Origin: a virus
Taxonomy: Duplodnaviria; Caudoviricetes
Reading direction: 5' to 3' (one strand)
DNA length: 25,691 nt
IMG/VR virus record: IMGVR_UViG_3300027808_001450
Coordinates: 1-25,691 of that record
Shown: positions 18,507 through 25,691 of the stretch, in pieces
Position numbering within the stretch: the stretch's first letter is position 1
Layout of the letters: every line of letters begins with the position of its first letter
Made by a program: the position numbers and the translations under genes
Notes under the pieces: model-generated
Told to the model about the DNA's origin: nothing
What the model saw: the letters and a program-made list of their open reading frames with translations, nothing else
The model's database searches: none

Positions 18507-18728
18507 ATGGCCATGAAAGAACCAGGACGCAAAGTATACAGAAGTATGCAAGGCAAAGATATTGACTTAGACAAACTAAGAAACAAAAATGAAACTACTT
18601 TAGCAGTAGGAAACTCCCGTGTAAATGCACGTGGTGATGAAATCGGCCCAGGTGGCAAGATTATTCGCAAGCGCGAAGATGTCATGTCAGAGTATTACAC
18701 AGGCCGTACTGCAACTAAAGAGGATTAA
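18507..18728 (+). CDS. Hypothetical basic protein (73 aa)
   Basis: Strong SD AAGGAG, preceded by TAAGTA, and abuts groES. Confidence 0.75.
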   Translation: MAMKEPGRKVYRSMQGKDIDLDKLRNKNETTLAVGNSRVNARGDEIGPGGKIIRKREDVMSEYYTGRTATKED

Positions 18729-19115
18729 ATGAACGTTGTAAAAGGCAAACTCAGGCCGCTGAATGATAATGTCCTAGTAACAGATATGGACTTTGAAGAG
18801 CAAAAGACTGCAAGCGGTATTATTGTTCAAAGCGACGATGGCAAAGCACACGGTGTTAAACCTCGTTGGGCTCGTGTCTGGGCTACAGGTCCGGAACAAA
18901 AAGATGTCAAAGTTGGCGAATGGATCTATGTTGATCATGGTCGTTGGACTCGAGGCGTTAAAGTTGAAGATGAAAACGGCGACGAACTGATTATTCGTAG
19001 GGTTGAAATAGAATCAATACTATTACAAGCTGATGAAAAACCTAACGACTTTTACATTGGACTAGAACATGATACTAGCAAGCCGATTACATCGAGGCCA
19101 GAGGATTTCATGTAA
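18729..19115 (+). CDS. groES: GroES/Cpn10-like co-chaperonin
   Basis: LRPLNDNVLV, KTASGII mobile loop, GP...DVKVGE. Has a C-terminal extension. Confidence 0.88.
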   Translation: MNVVKGKLRPLNDNVLVTDMDFEEQKTASGIIVQSDDGKAHGVKPRWARVWATGPEQKDVKVGEWIYVDHGRWTRGVKVEDENGDELIIRRVEIESILLQADEKPNDFYIGLEHDTSKPITSRPEDFM

Positions 19116-19549
19116 TGCAAGTTAAGATAAAAAAACTGCATCCAAATGCAGTAATACCGCAATATGCAACCACAGGTGCTGCCTGTTTTGATTTAGTCAG
19201 TGTAAATGAAGTAATGATTATACCTGGTCGCGAACACGTTGCACTTAAAACTGGATTGGCATTTGAAATCCCCCAAGGCTATGTCATGATGGTTTACAGC
19301 CGAAGTGGCCATGGTTTTAAAAATGGTATTAGACTAGCCAACGGTACTGGCGTTATTGATAGCGACTATCGTGGCGAAGTTATGGTAAAAATGCACAATG
19401 ACGGATCAACTGCACTGTTAGTAACAGCGGGTGAACGTATTGCTCAAGCAATGATTATTCCTGCACTGCAAGTTGAACTTCAAGTGGTAGACGAGTTATC
19501 CGATACCGATCGAGGAAGCGGCGGTTTCGGTAGTACTGGAACTAAGTAA
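19115..19549 (+). CDS. dut: Trimeric dUTPase
   Basis: Motifs ACFDL, SRSG, GVIDSDYRGE, ERIAQ and RGSGGFGSTG. Confidence 0.97.
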   Translation: MQVKIKKLHPNAVIPQYATTGAACFDLVSVNEVMIIPGREHVALKTGLAFEIPQGYVMMVYSRSGHGFKNGIRLANGTGVIDSDYRGEVMVKMHNDGSTALLVTAGERIAQAMIIPALQVELQVVDELSDTDRGSGGFGSTGTK

Positions 19550-19551
19550 CC

Positions 19552-19576
19552 AAAGGGTCTTGACAGACCCTTTTTT
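19552..19576 (+). terminator. Intrinsic terminator after dut
   Basis: AAAGGGTCT-tgac-AGACCCTTT followed by further T residues. Confidence 0.85.
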
Positions 19577-19588
19577 ATCCTCTATAAT
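19560..19588 (+). promoter_or_regulatory. Perfect consensus sigma70 promoter TTGACA-N17-TATAAT
   Basis: -35 at 19560-19565 (over the terminator loop) and -10 at 19583-19588. Confidence 0.85.
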
Positions 19589-19599
19589 AAGGACAACAA

Positions 19600-19743
19600 A
19601 TGACATTAATATTAGATGATTATAATCAAGTTTATGTTTGGGTTGACGACGTTGAGCATAACCGCCAGTTAAGCCCCTGCTTCGACTACGAAGAAGATGC
19701 GCTACAATGGAAAGAGCGTATGAAAAAGGAACTAGAAGAATGA
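19600..19743 (+). CDS. Small acidic hypothetical protein (47 aa), absent from the ORF track
   Basis: MTLILDDYNQVYVWVDDVEHNRQLSPCFDYEEDALQWKERMKKELEE. AAGGA upstream and ATGA overlap with the next gene. Confidence 0.7.
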   Translation: MTLILDDYNQVYVWVDDVEHNRQLSPCFDYEEDALQWKERMKKELEE

Positions 19744-19901
19744 GTAAATGTAATACTTGTAATAAAGAAATATCAGTTGTCTGTGATTGGAATCAAGGAC
19801 GGTGCCCGCATAGATCTCCTATGTTGACAAATTATCATTTTAGATTTTACAATCTAATGCAGTTTATTAAAGGATTATTTAAACGTGGAAGTTCAACCTA
19901 A
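19740..19901 (+). CDS. Small Cys-rich hypothetical protein (53 aa), possibly metal-binding
   Basis: MSKCNTC...CDWNQGRCPH. Start reassigned to 19740 because of the ATGA coupling. Confidence 0.65.
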   Translation: MSKCNTCNKEISVVCDWNQGRCPHRSPMLTNYHFRFYNLMQFIKGLFKRGSST

Positions 19902-20052
19902 AGATACAAGCCGGGGACATTTTTATGTCAGCGTTTGTAAAAGTGCTGTGCGTATTGCCGCAGGTGCCTCATTGATCATGGGGTCGTTAGTTGTATGTGG
20001 TGCTTTGCTTATTCTAGCAGAGATTCTAGGCATTGTAGAGGAGTTAGTATGA
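19885..20052 (+). CDS. Small membrane protein (55 aa, GTG start), absent from the ORF track
   Basis: MEVQPKDTSRGHFYVSVCKSAVRIAAGASLIMGSLVVCGALLILAEILGIVEELV. AAGGA upstream and ATGA overlap with the clamp loader. Confidence 0.7.
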   Translation: MEVQPKDTSRGHFYVSVCKSAVRIAAGASLIMGSLVVCGALLILAEILGIVEELV

Positions 20053-20966
20053 AAGAATTATGGGTAGAAAAGTATCGACCTAAGAACGTCGATGGATATG
20101 TCTTTAAAGACAACCACCAACGTAGTCAGATTGAGCAATGGATTAAAGAAGGAACTATTCCACATCTGTTGTTTAGTGGATCAGCTGGTGTTGGTAAAAC
20201 AACTATGGCTAAGATTCTGATTGAACAAATGGGTGTTGAAGGTACCGATGTACTCATTGCCAACGGTAGTAAAGAGGCACGTAAGATTGAGTGGGTTGAC
20301 AAGTTGATTACATTCTGTCAGACCATGCCGTTTGGCAAGTTTAAAGTAGTGCTGATCGACGAAGCTGACTACATGAACATTAACTCAGTACAGCCTGCAC
20401 TACGCAACCTAATGGAAGACTATAGTCACAGTGTTAGGTTTATCTTAACTTGTAACTATCCTAATATGATTATGCCGGCAATCCATAGTCGTTGCCAACG
20501 ATTACACATTGAGAAAACCGACTTAACTGAGTTTACTGCTCGTGTTGCTACAATCTTAGTAGAAGAAAATGTTGAGTTTGATCTCGATACACTTGATACC
20601 TATGTCAAAGCAACCTATCCAGATTTACGTAAGTGTATTAACAATGTGCAAATGAACAGTATTGATGGGAAGTTGCACGGTGCAGACTCAACTGACAATA
20701 GCACAGACTATCGCATTGAGATGGTAGACTTGTTTAAGAAAGGCAAGATCAACGAAGCACGTAAACTGTTATGCAGTAGTGCTCGTCCGGAAGAAATGGA
20801 AGAAATCTATCGATGGATGTATGACAACATTACATTGTTTGGTAAAGACGACAATACTCAAGACAGTGCTATTTTGATTATTAAACAGGGACTAGTGGAT
20901 CATACATTGATTATGGATCCCGAGATTAATCTAGCTGCAACATTGGTTAGATTAGCAAGACTATGA
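20049..20966 (+). CDS. Sliding-clamp loader AAA+ ATPase (RFC small subunit / T4 gp44-like)
   Basis: LWVEKYRP, Walker A GSAGVGKTT, Walker B LIDEAD and SRC motif. Start at 20049 after SD GAGGAG. Confidence 0.93.
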   Translation: MKELWVEKYRPKNVDGYVFKDNHQRSQIEQWIKEGTIPHLLFSGSAGVGKTTMAKILIEQMGVEGTDVLIANGSKEARKIEWVDKLITFCQTMPFGKFKVVLIDEADYMNINSVQPALRNLMEDYSHSVRFILTCNYPNMIMPAIHSRCQRLHIEKTDLTEFTARVATILVEENVEFDLDTLDTYVKATYPDLRKCINNVQMNSIDGKLHGADSTDNSTDYRIEMVDLFKKGKINEARKLLCSSARPEEMEEIYRWMYDNITLFGKDDNTQDSAILIIKQGLVDHTLIMDPEINLAATLVRLARL

Positions 20967-21424
20967 AACAAAAGTTAAAAGACGCTTACATGAAAACTGC
21001 GGAAACATTCGCAGAGCTAAGTCATGCTCGTCGCTTACACGTTGGTGCTATTGTGGTCAAGGATGATAGGATTATCTCTATTGGCTACAATGGTATGCCA
21101 GCGGGCTGGGATAACGACTGTGAATACGAAGTAGAAGAATTTCAAACAGAGTACGGAGTAGGATCGAAGCTTGTTAAAACAGGTGAATTAAAAACTAAAC
21201 CAGAGGTGCTTCATGCAGAAACTAACGCCATTGCGAAACTTGCTAAATCTAACGAATCTGGTATGGGTGCTACTATGTTTATTACCCATGCTCCATGTTT
21301 GGACTGTGCCAAACTTATCTACCAAAGTGGTATTGGCAGTGTTCTATATAGGAACTCTTATAGGGATGACAGCGGTATTACATTCCTTGAAAAATCAGGA
21401 ATAGCAATAGAGCAAGTAGAATAA
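20963..21424 (+). CDS. dCMP deaminase (ComEB-like)
   Basis: VGAIVV...GYNG, HAETNAI and PCLDC zinc motifs. Confidence 0.95.
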   Translation: MKQKLKDAYMKTAETFAELSHARRLHVGAIVVKDDRIISIGYNGMPAGWDNDCEYEVEEFQTEYGVGSKLVKTGELKTKPEVLHAETNAIAKLAKSNESGMGATMFITHAPCLDCAKLIYQSGIGSVLYRNSYRDDSGITFLEKSGIAIEQVE

Positions 21425-21442
21425 GGGGCCGTGGCCCCTTAT
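21421..21442. terminator. Probable bidirectional terminator between convergent dCMP deaminase and phoH
   Basis: ATAAGGGGCC-gt-GGCCCCTTAT perfect inverted repeat with AT-rich flanks. Confidence 0.8.
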
Positions 21443-21444
21443 CT

Positions 21445-22167
21445 TTATTCGTCGCCGTATAAGTTTAATACTTCTGCGACTGCCTTGTGTCTTTCGATAT
21501 CTCGTTGATCAAAGCGCACAACATCGATATGTTGGGTTTTGCGGCCTTCAATCTTTCCAATAAAATCAATAAGTCCGTTATCTTTTATTCTATCTGCTTG
21601 GGCTAAGTCTCCTGTTACGACCATGTTGCTGTTCTCACCTAGTCGAGTAAGTAGCATTTTCATTTGATTTTGGGTGGCGTTTTGCATTTCATCTGCAATA
21701 ATGTACGCATTCTTAAACGTACGACCACGCATATACGCAAGTGGGCTGATTTCAATAATGCCATCTTCTAGCATGGCTGCGATTTCTTTAGTTTGGTAGT
21801 ATTCTCCTAACACATCAAAAATTGGTCTTGTCCATGGCGCCATCTTTTCATTTAGCGTCCCTGGTAAGAATCCAATATCTTCATCTACGGAAACGGCGGG
21901 TCTTGTTACAATGATCTTTTCAATCACCCCCTCTTGTAGCAACTTGATACCATTTAACACAGCTAATAGCGTCTTTCCTGTGCCGGCTGGGCCCACAGCG
22001 AATACGATGTTCTTACGTTCATCTTGTAGCTTTTGCAAGTATGTTTCTTGGTTCTTATTGCGTGGCAATAGTGTGACTTTATGCTTCTTTTGAGGTGCAT
22101 ATGCTTGGAAATCAATCACGTTAACATTGGAGGTAAAACGTTTTTTCACTCGATTGTTTTTACTCAT
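21445..22167 (-). CDS. phoH: PhoH-family ATPase
   Basis: GPAGTGKT, TRPAV, GFLPG, YMRGRTF, DEMQN, LTRLG, GDLAQAD and DIERH. Start reassigned to ATG 22167, 7 nt after GGGAG. Confidence 0.95.
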   Translation of the reverse strand: MSKNNRVKKRFTSNVNVIDFQAYAPQKKHKVTLLPRNKNQETYLQKLQDERKNIVFAVGPAGTGKTLLAVLNGIKLLQEGVIEKIIVTRPAVSVDEDIGFLPGTLNEKMAPWTRPIFDVLGEYYQTKEIAAMLEDGIIEISPLAYMRGRTFKNAYIIADEMQNATQNQMKMLLTRLGENSNMVVTGDLAQADRIKDNGLIDFIGKIEGRKTQHIDVVRFDQRDIERHKAVAEVLNLYGDE

Positions 22168-22191
22168 TAAGTATCTCCCACTTTTAGTAAA

Positions 22192-22234
22192 GCAGGACAT
22201 GTAGCGACCGCCTCAGTAACTACAGAGGTCCTAC
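22192..22234 (-). promoter_or_regulatory. Structured 5' leader of phoH
   Basis: Minus strand reads GUAGGAC-CUC-UGUAGUUACU-GAGGC-GGUCGCUACA-U-GUCCUGC, a long imperfect hairpin starting just after TAAGTA (22245-22240). Confidence 0.5.
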
Positions 22235-22323
22235 ACTATTACTTAGTTGTTTTGGACTAAAGTAATAAGATAAGATATCGTTTTGGACCTGATAAATAAG
22301 TATAACAACATGTGGAACGCAAA

Positions 22324-22887
22324 ATGCTTGATATTTTAGAAGTTATTAAAAACATAGAAACAATATACTCAACTAACAGCAGTCTCAACGTCCTTAAAGA
22401 CTTTGAGCGTGTATTAGATGAGATGGACATGTACGTCTATAAAAACTGGGAGGATGGCGAACTTGCTGAAGGCCCTATAGTAGATAGACACTGGATTAAA
22501 GCTAGCTTTATGTGGCCTAAGGAAAAGATGCCTGACCCAATGGCTGCTAAACGCTTACTAGACTACGGCTGTAAGATCAAATACAGACAGAGTTTTTTAG
22601 TAGAACCTCGTACTATTAAAACGCCTGAGGATCTGCGCCCCGGAACTAAGAAAGGTAAACTAGATCGCAAACCGGTATGGATTGTAGAAATCACAATGCC
22701 ACGCAAGTTAGCAGCCGATATATTTGACGGTTACATGGGTAAGATGAAAGAAAATATGGGCATCGGGCGTACTGAAGGTACTCAAGCAGCGCCTGCAGAG
22801 CCTGCAGATGATGCGGCAGTAACAGCGGCAGCAGCACCGGCAGCAGCAGCACCAGCAGGAGGAGCAGCAAGTGTCCCAACAGTTTAA
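22324..22887 (+). CDS. Hypothetical phage protein with Ala/Pro-rich C-terminal tail
   Basis: Long ORF downstream of TAAATA (22293). ATG 22324 preferred over GTG 22312 because GGA lies upstream. Confidence 0.75.
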   Translation: MLDILEVIKNIETIYSTNSSLNVLKDFERVLDEMDMYVYKNWEDGELAEGPIVDRHWIKASFMWPKEKMPDPMAAKRLLDYGCKIKYRQSFLVEPRTIKTPEDLRPGTKKGKLDRKPVWIVEITMPRKLAADIFDGYMGKMKENMGIGRTEGTQAAPAEPADDAAVTAAAAPAAAAPAGGAASVPTV

Positions 22888-23608
22888 TGAAGATTTAAAA
22901 GAACGAGATTTACACATGCTCGTTGACAACGTGTTTGAAATAGATGGTTATGCATCAAAGATGGGAGACGATGAAGACATAGTAGTACTAAGTTTTACCG
23001 TTGAAGATAAAGATCCAGCAACTGACTTGGTTAACTTTGTAGAACGTGGGTACGACTTTGTATTAGATGCAGATGCTACCCCAGGCGAGTTAAACGACGG
23101 CAACTACAGAGTGTTTGTTGAAATAGAACGTAATCGTCGCATTGGCGAACAGATTATGGAACTGCTAGATGGCGTGGGCAAACTAACCGGCATTGATGAG
23201 TTTAAGTTTCGCTATCACAAGAGTTTTGAGTCGTTACCAGTGTCTCAAGAAGCATTGGATGAAGTTATTCCGGGATCAGGCGACGAGTATTCCATGCGTA
23301 TTAAAGAAGGCAGAATAGATAACTTCAGTAACTTTTTTAATCGCAGTTATTTAGAAACATTGTCAGTAGATCAAGATGACTTGATCTTTAACAAAAAATA
23401 TTCAGAACCATTGCGTATGCGTATTAAAGGATTTGGCACGTCTAAAGAAATATACGAAAGTCTGCAAGGTAAGATTATGATAGAAACTAAGGCTATGTCA
23501 GAAGTATTATTTTTAACCAAGTACATTGGCAACTATAATATTACCAAAGTCGGCAATGTGTTTGTTTTTGAGAACCAGGGCTATGCAGTAGTATTGGAGA
23601 AACAATAA
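22871..23608 (+). CDS. Hypothetical acidic phage protein (245 aa, GTG start)
   Basis: Long ORF with SD AGGAGGAG inside the tail of the previous gene and TAATG coupling to the next. Confidence 0.75.
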   Translation: MSQQFNEDLKERDLHMLVDNVFEIDGYASKMGDDEDIVVLSFTVEDKDPATDLVNFVERGYDFVLDADATPGELNDGNYRVFVEIERNRRIGEQIMELLDGVGKLTGIDEFKFRYHKSFESLPVSQEALDEVIPGSGDEYSMRIKEGRIDNFSNFFNRSYLETLSVDQDDLIFNKKYSEPLRMRIKGFGTSKEIYESLQGKIMIETKAMSEVLFLTKYIGNYNITKVGNVFVFENQGYAVVLEKQ

Positions 23609-24096
23609 TGGGCCAACTACAATGGGCATTTAGCCTAATACCGGACAGCATATTGATTTGGATCTATTACACTATGCTTACAGCAGGCCTATTTGGGCTT
23701 GCAGCAGGATGGATAATGAAATGGATTCCGGGTATTAGTGTATATAAAGGTCCATTGCAGGCAGCAGGAGTAGTGTTGACCGCAGGTAGTTTGTATCTGT
23801 TAGGCGGATATAGTACCGAAATGAAATGGCGCAACCAAGTTGCAGAAATGCAGAGCAAAGTTGACGCTGCCGAAGTAGCAGCTTCATCTGCTACTAAGAG
23901 TATCGAAACTAAAGTTGAAGTAAAGACTAAAGTTATTAGGGAAAAGGGCAACGACATTATCAAATATATCGATCGTGAAGTGGTTAAGAAAGAAGAGATT
24001 ATCAAGTACATAGAGCAATGTCCTGTTCCTAAAGAAATAATCGACTTACATAATCAAGCAGCTACTCTTAACAAGGCTGCGGAGAGTAAGAAATGA
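23608..24096 (+). CDS. Putative inner-membrane spanin (Rz-like)
   Basis: N-terminal hydrophobic helices, a coiled-coil segment, and KTKVIREK...CPVP near the C-terminus. Overlaps a lipoprotein gene. Confidence 0.6.
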   Translation: MGQLQWAFSLIPDSILIWIYYTMLTAGLFGLAAGWIMKWIPGISVYKGPLQAAGVVLTAGSLYLLGGYSTEMKWRNQVAEMQSKVDAAEVAASSATKSIETKVEVKTKVIREKGNDIIKYIDREVVKKEEIIKYIEQCPVPKEIIDLHNQAATLNKAAESKK

Positions 24097-24377
24097 GATT
24101 AATAAAACTATTTGTTCTTGCTCTTTTTATAATATTAGCATTTCTAGTAACGGGATGTACCGCTGTTCCAGTTAAACCTAAGTTTCCCGAAGCAAGTCCG
24201 TCACTAACACAAAAATGTCCGGACCTAAACAAGATCGAAGGTGATAAAGTTGCTATTACTGAGCTACTTAAAGTAGTAATCAGTAACTATGCATTATACT
24301 ACGAATGCTCTACTAAGGTAGATGGATGGAATGAATGGTACAATACACAAAAGAAAATCTATGAAAGTGTTAAGTAA
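24093..24377 (+). CDS. Putative outer-membrane spanin lipoprotein (Rz1-like)
   Basis: Signal peptide with lipobox LVTG-C, Pro-rich mature N-terminus (VPVKPKFPEASP) and two further Cys. Confidence 0.7.
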   Translation: MRLIKLFVLALFIILAFLVTGCTAVPVKPKFPEASPSLTQKCPDLNKIEGDKVAITELLKVVISNYALYYECSTKVDGWNEWYNTQKKIYESVK

Positions 24378-24378
24378 A

Positions 24379-24606
24379 ATGAAAATTATATCTGTAGCTG
24401 TATTAAGTTTAACATTGGTGGGCTGCACTACGTTAACTCCTGATATTGAAAAATCTCTGTCTCGTGATAAAACTATGGAGCAAATGGCTAAAACTGCTTT
24501 AATAAATGAAATGTTAGCAAGTCCCGACCCCCATGTACGATCTAAAGGTGCAGCCATAGCAGAAAAGTTTATTATAGAACCAAAGAAAAATATATTTGGA
24601 TTTTGA
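24379..24606 (+). CDS. Second small lipoprotein (75 aa)
   Basis: MKIISVAVLSLTLVG-C lipobox. The start could alternatively be 24361. Confidence 0.65.
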   Translation: MKIISVAVLSLTLVGCTTLTPDIEKSLSRDKTMEQMAKTALINEMLASPDPHVRSKGAAIAEKFIIEPKKNIFGF

Positions 24607-24638
24607 TTAAATACTAGTACATTAAGCAGGAGCGAACA

Positions 24639-25202
24639 ATGGCATTAATAGATTCAGTATTAAATTTAGTTACTAAACAAGCAAAAGATCCGGATGCGCC
24701 AAAGCCTCCAGTAGGATCAAGATCAGAGCGCGAAGCCAAGCTAAAAGACAAAGCAGGTATGGTTATTTCCGTGTTTGCGTTATTACTAGCAGTTAACAGT
24801 TGGTACGGTGGCAAACTAGGTAGCACAGTGTTGAACAATACACTAGGTGCTAACAATACTTGGGCACAGTATCAAGCCAAGGCAGGTCGTGGTGTAAGCT
24901 ACGAGATTGCCGCTAAGACAAATAGTGATCCAAAAATTAAAGCAGAGTTCATGGCAGAGAAAGAACGCATGGATGATGACAAGAAAGAACTTGCTGTTAA
25001 AGCAAGAGCAATGGAAGCAGAGCGTGAAGTAGCTAAAAAATCTAGTCCTTGGATTGCATATGCTAATACAGCGTATCAGTTGGCAATCGTTGTTCTGTCA
25101 GCAAGTATTCTTGCAGTCAGCATGGGCATGTTCTGGGGCAGTTTTATAGTAGCAGGATTTGGAATAATATTAAGTCTAAATGGCTTATATCTGTTCTTTT
25201 AA
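24639..25202 (+). CDS. DUF4337-like membrane protein
   Basis: TM helix, ANNTWAQYQAK motif, coiled coil and two C-terminal TM helices. SD AGGAG. Confidence 0.7.
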   Translation: MALIDSVLNLVTKQAKDPDAPKPPVGSRSEREAKLKDKAGMVISVFALLLAVNSWYGGKLGSTVLNNTLGANNTWAQYQAKAGRGVSYEIAAKTNSDPKIKAEFMAEKERMDDDKKELAVKARAMEAEREVAKKSSPWIAYANTAYQLAIVVLSASILAVSMGMFWGSFIVAGFGIILSLNGLYLFF

Positions 25203-25220
25203 ATAAAATAGGGGCGACCA

Positions 25221-25691
25221 ATGAGCGAAGAAGTTAAAAGTGCGAGCGAATTAAAGAAAGAAGATTGGATGAATTCAAAATGGCGTCCAATGATGGGCTG
25301 GATGTACATGCTAGTTTGTACCATGGATATGGTAATATTTCCAATCCTATGGAGTTTATTGCAAACAACCACAGGCACGAACATTACACAATGGAATCCA
25401 CTAACACTGCAAGGTGCTGGTTTGTTCCACATCGCAATGGGTGCAGTTTTAGGTATTGCGGCATTTGGTCGTACACAAGAAAAACTAGGAGGAGCAAACA
25501 ATGGCGGAGCACAAACACCAACAACAGGATTTGCGAGCGGTCCTTCAACATTTAGCCAACCGCAATCAGGATTCAGTACACCGTCAGGAGGATATGGTTC
25601 TCCAGCACCGAGCAGCTTTGGTAGCAGTTCAGGATTTGGAGCTACAACGGCTGGGACAGCGAACACCAGTTTTGCAGCAGCGCCGATGACT
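25221..25691 (+). CDS. Holin-like protein (3TM / GTA-type), 3'-truncated, absent from the ORF track
   Basis: MSEEVK...WMNSKWRPMMGWMYMLVC...ILWSLL...LFHIAMGAVLGIAAFGRTQEK, then a Gly/Ser/Pro-rich tail. WRP-x-x-GW and G-x-x-x-x-GRT-x-EK are typical of this family. GGGG SD. No stop before the window end. Confidence 0.7.
   Translation, partial: MSEEVKSASELKKEDWMNSKWRPMMGWMYMLVCTMDMVIFPILWSLLQTTTGTNITQWNPLTLQGAGLFHIAMGAVLGIAAFGRTQEKLGGANNGGAQTPTTGFASGPSTFSQPQSGFSTPSGGYGSPAPSSFGSSSGFGATTAGTANTSFAAAPMT

Noticed and set aside
17975-18728. Frameshifted or intein-split dnaE continuing into the next ORF
   Set aside because: The downstream gene has its own strong SD and its only D-x-D-like string (KDIDLDK) lacks any other recognisable DnaE context. 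No intein motifs are present. A profile search of the 73-aa protein would settle it.
19995-20048. N-terminal extension of the clamp loader given in the ORF track
   Set aside because: This stretch is coding sequence of the 55-aa membrane gene in another frame. SD GAGGAG and ATGA coupling support ATG 20049.
22168-22200. PhoH start at 22200
   Set aside because: That ATG lies inside the leader hairpin without an SD, while ATG 22167 has GGGAG at good spacing.
25199-25689. ORF-track calls 25199-25666 (-), 25265-25555 (+) and 25501-25689 (+)
   Set aside because: All overlap the more credible holin-like frame starting at 25221, which the track missed because it has no stop inside the window.
1-25691. 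Stop-codon recoding: none of the 26 called stops is TAG (18 TAA, 8 TGA)
   Set aside because: Genes are full length under the standard code with dense packing and no in-frame TAG interruptions. TAG avoidance alone is common in phages.
1-25691. tRNA, rRNA, integrase or transposase
   Set aside because: Intergenic gaps are short and none shows a cloverleaf. No recombinase or transposase motifs were recognised.

Overview
This window looks like part of a large tailed bacteriophage genome (distantly T4-like or jumbo myovirus type) with a Gram-negative host, judged from the spanin-like lipoproteins. Positions 1-17.7 kb are a virion/tail module: fibre-like proteins with gp9/gp10-like and Mtd-N-like N-termini, an inserted fatty-acid desaturase, two tandem paralogous subtilisin (S8) proteases directly behind a long fibre, and a large Ig-repeat baseplate-like protein. 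Positions 17.7-22.2 kb encode a stand-alone DnaE fragment, GroES, dUTPase, three small ORFs, a clamp loader, dCMP deaminase and an inverted phoH. Positions 22.3-25.7 kb hold two hypotheticals and a lysis-type cassette (spanin-like pair, second lipoprotein, DUF4337-like protein, 3TM-holin-like gene running off the end). Regulation is readable: a recurrent TAAATA/TAAGTA late-promoter-like motif, two consensus sigma70 promoters and several hairpins. The best leads are (i) a fibre plus twin-subtilase unit that suggests protease-armed virions, (ii) nested domain-in-domain insertions in the structural proteins that can be shown by alignments inside this window, and (iii) a DnaE fragment that stops just before the catalytic aspartates and appears to be expressed from a leaderless mRNA. 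Family assignments come from motif recognition by eye; no searches were run.
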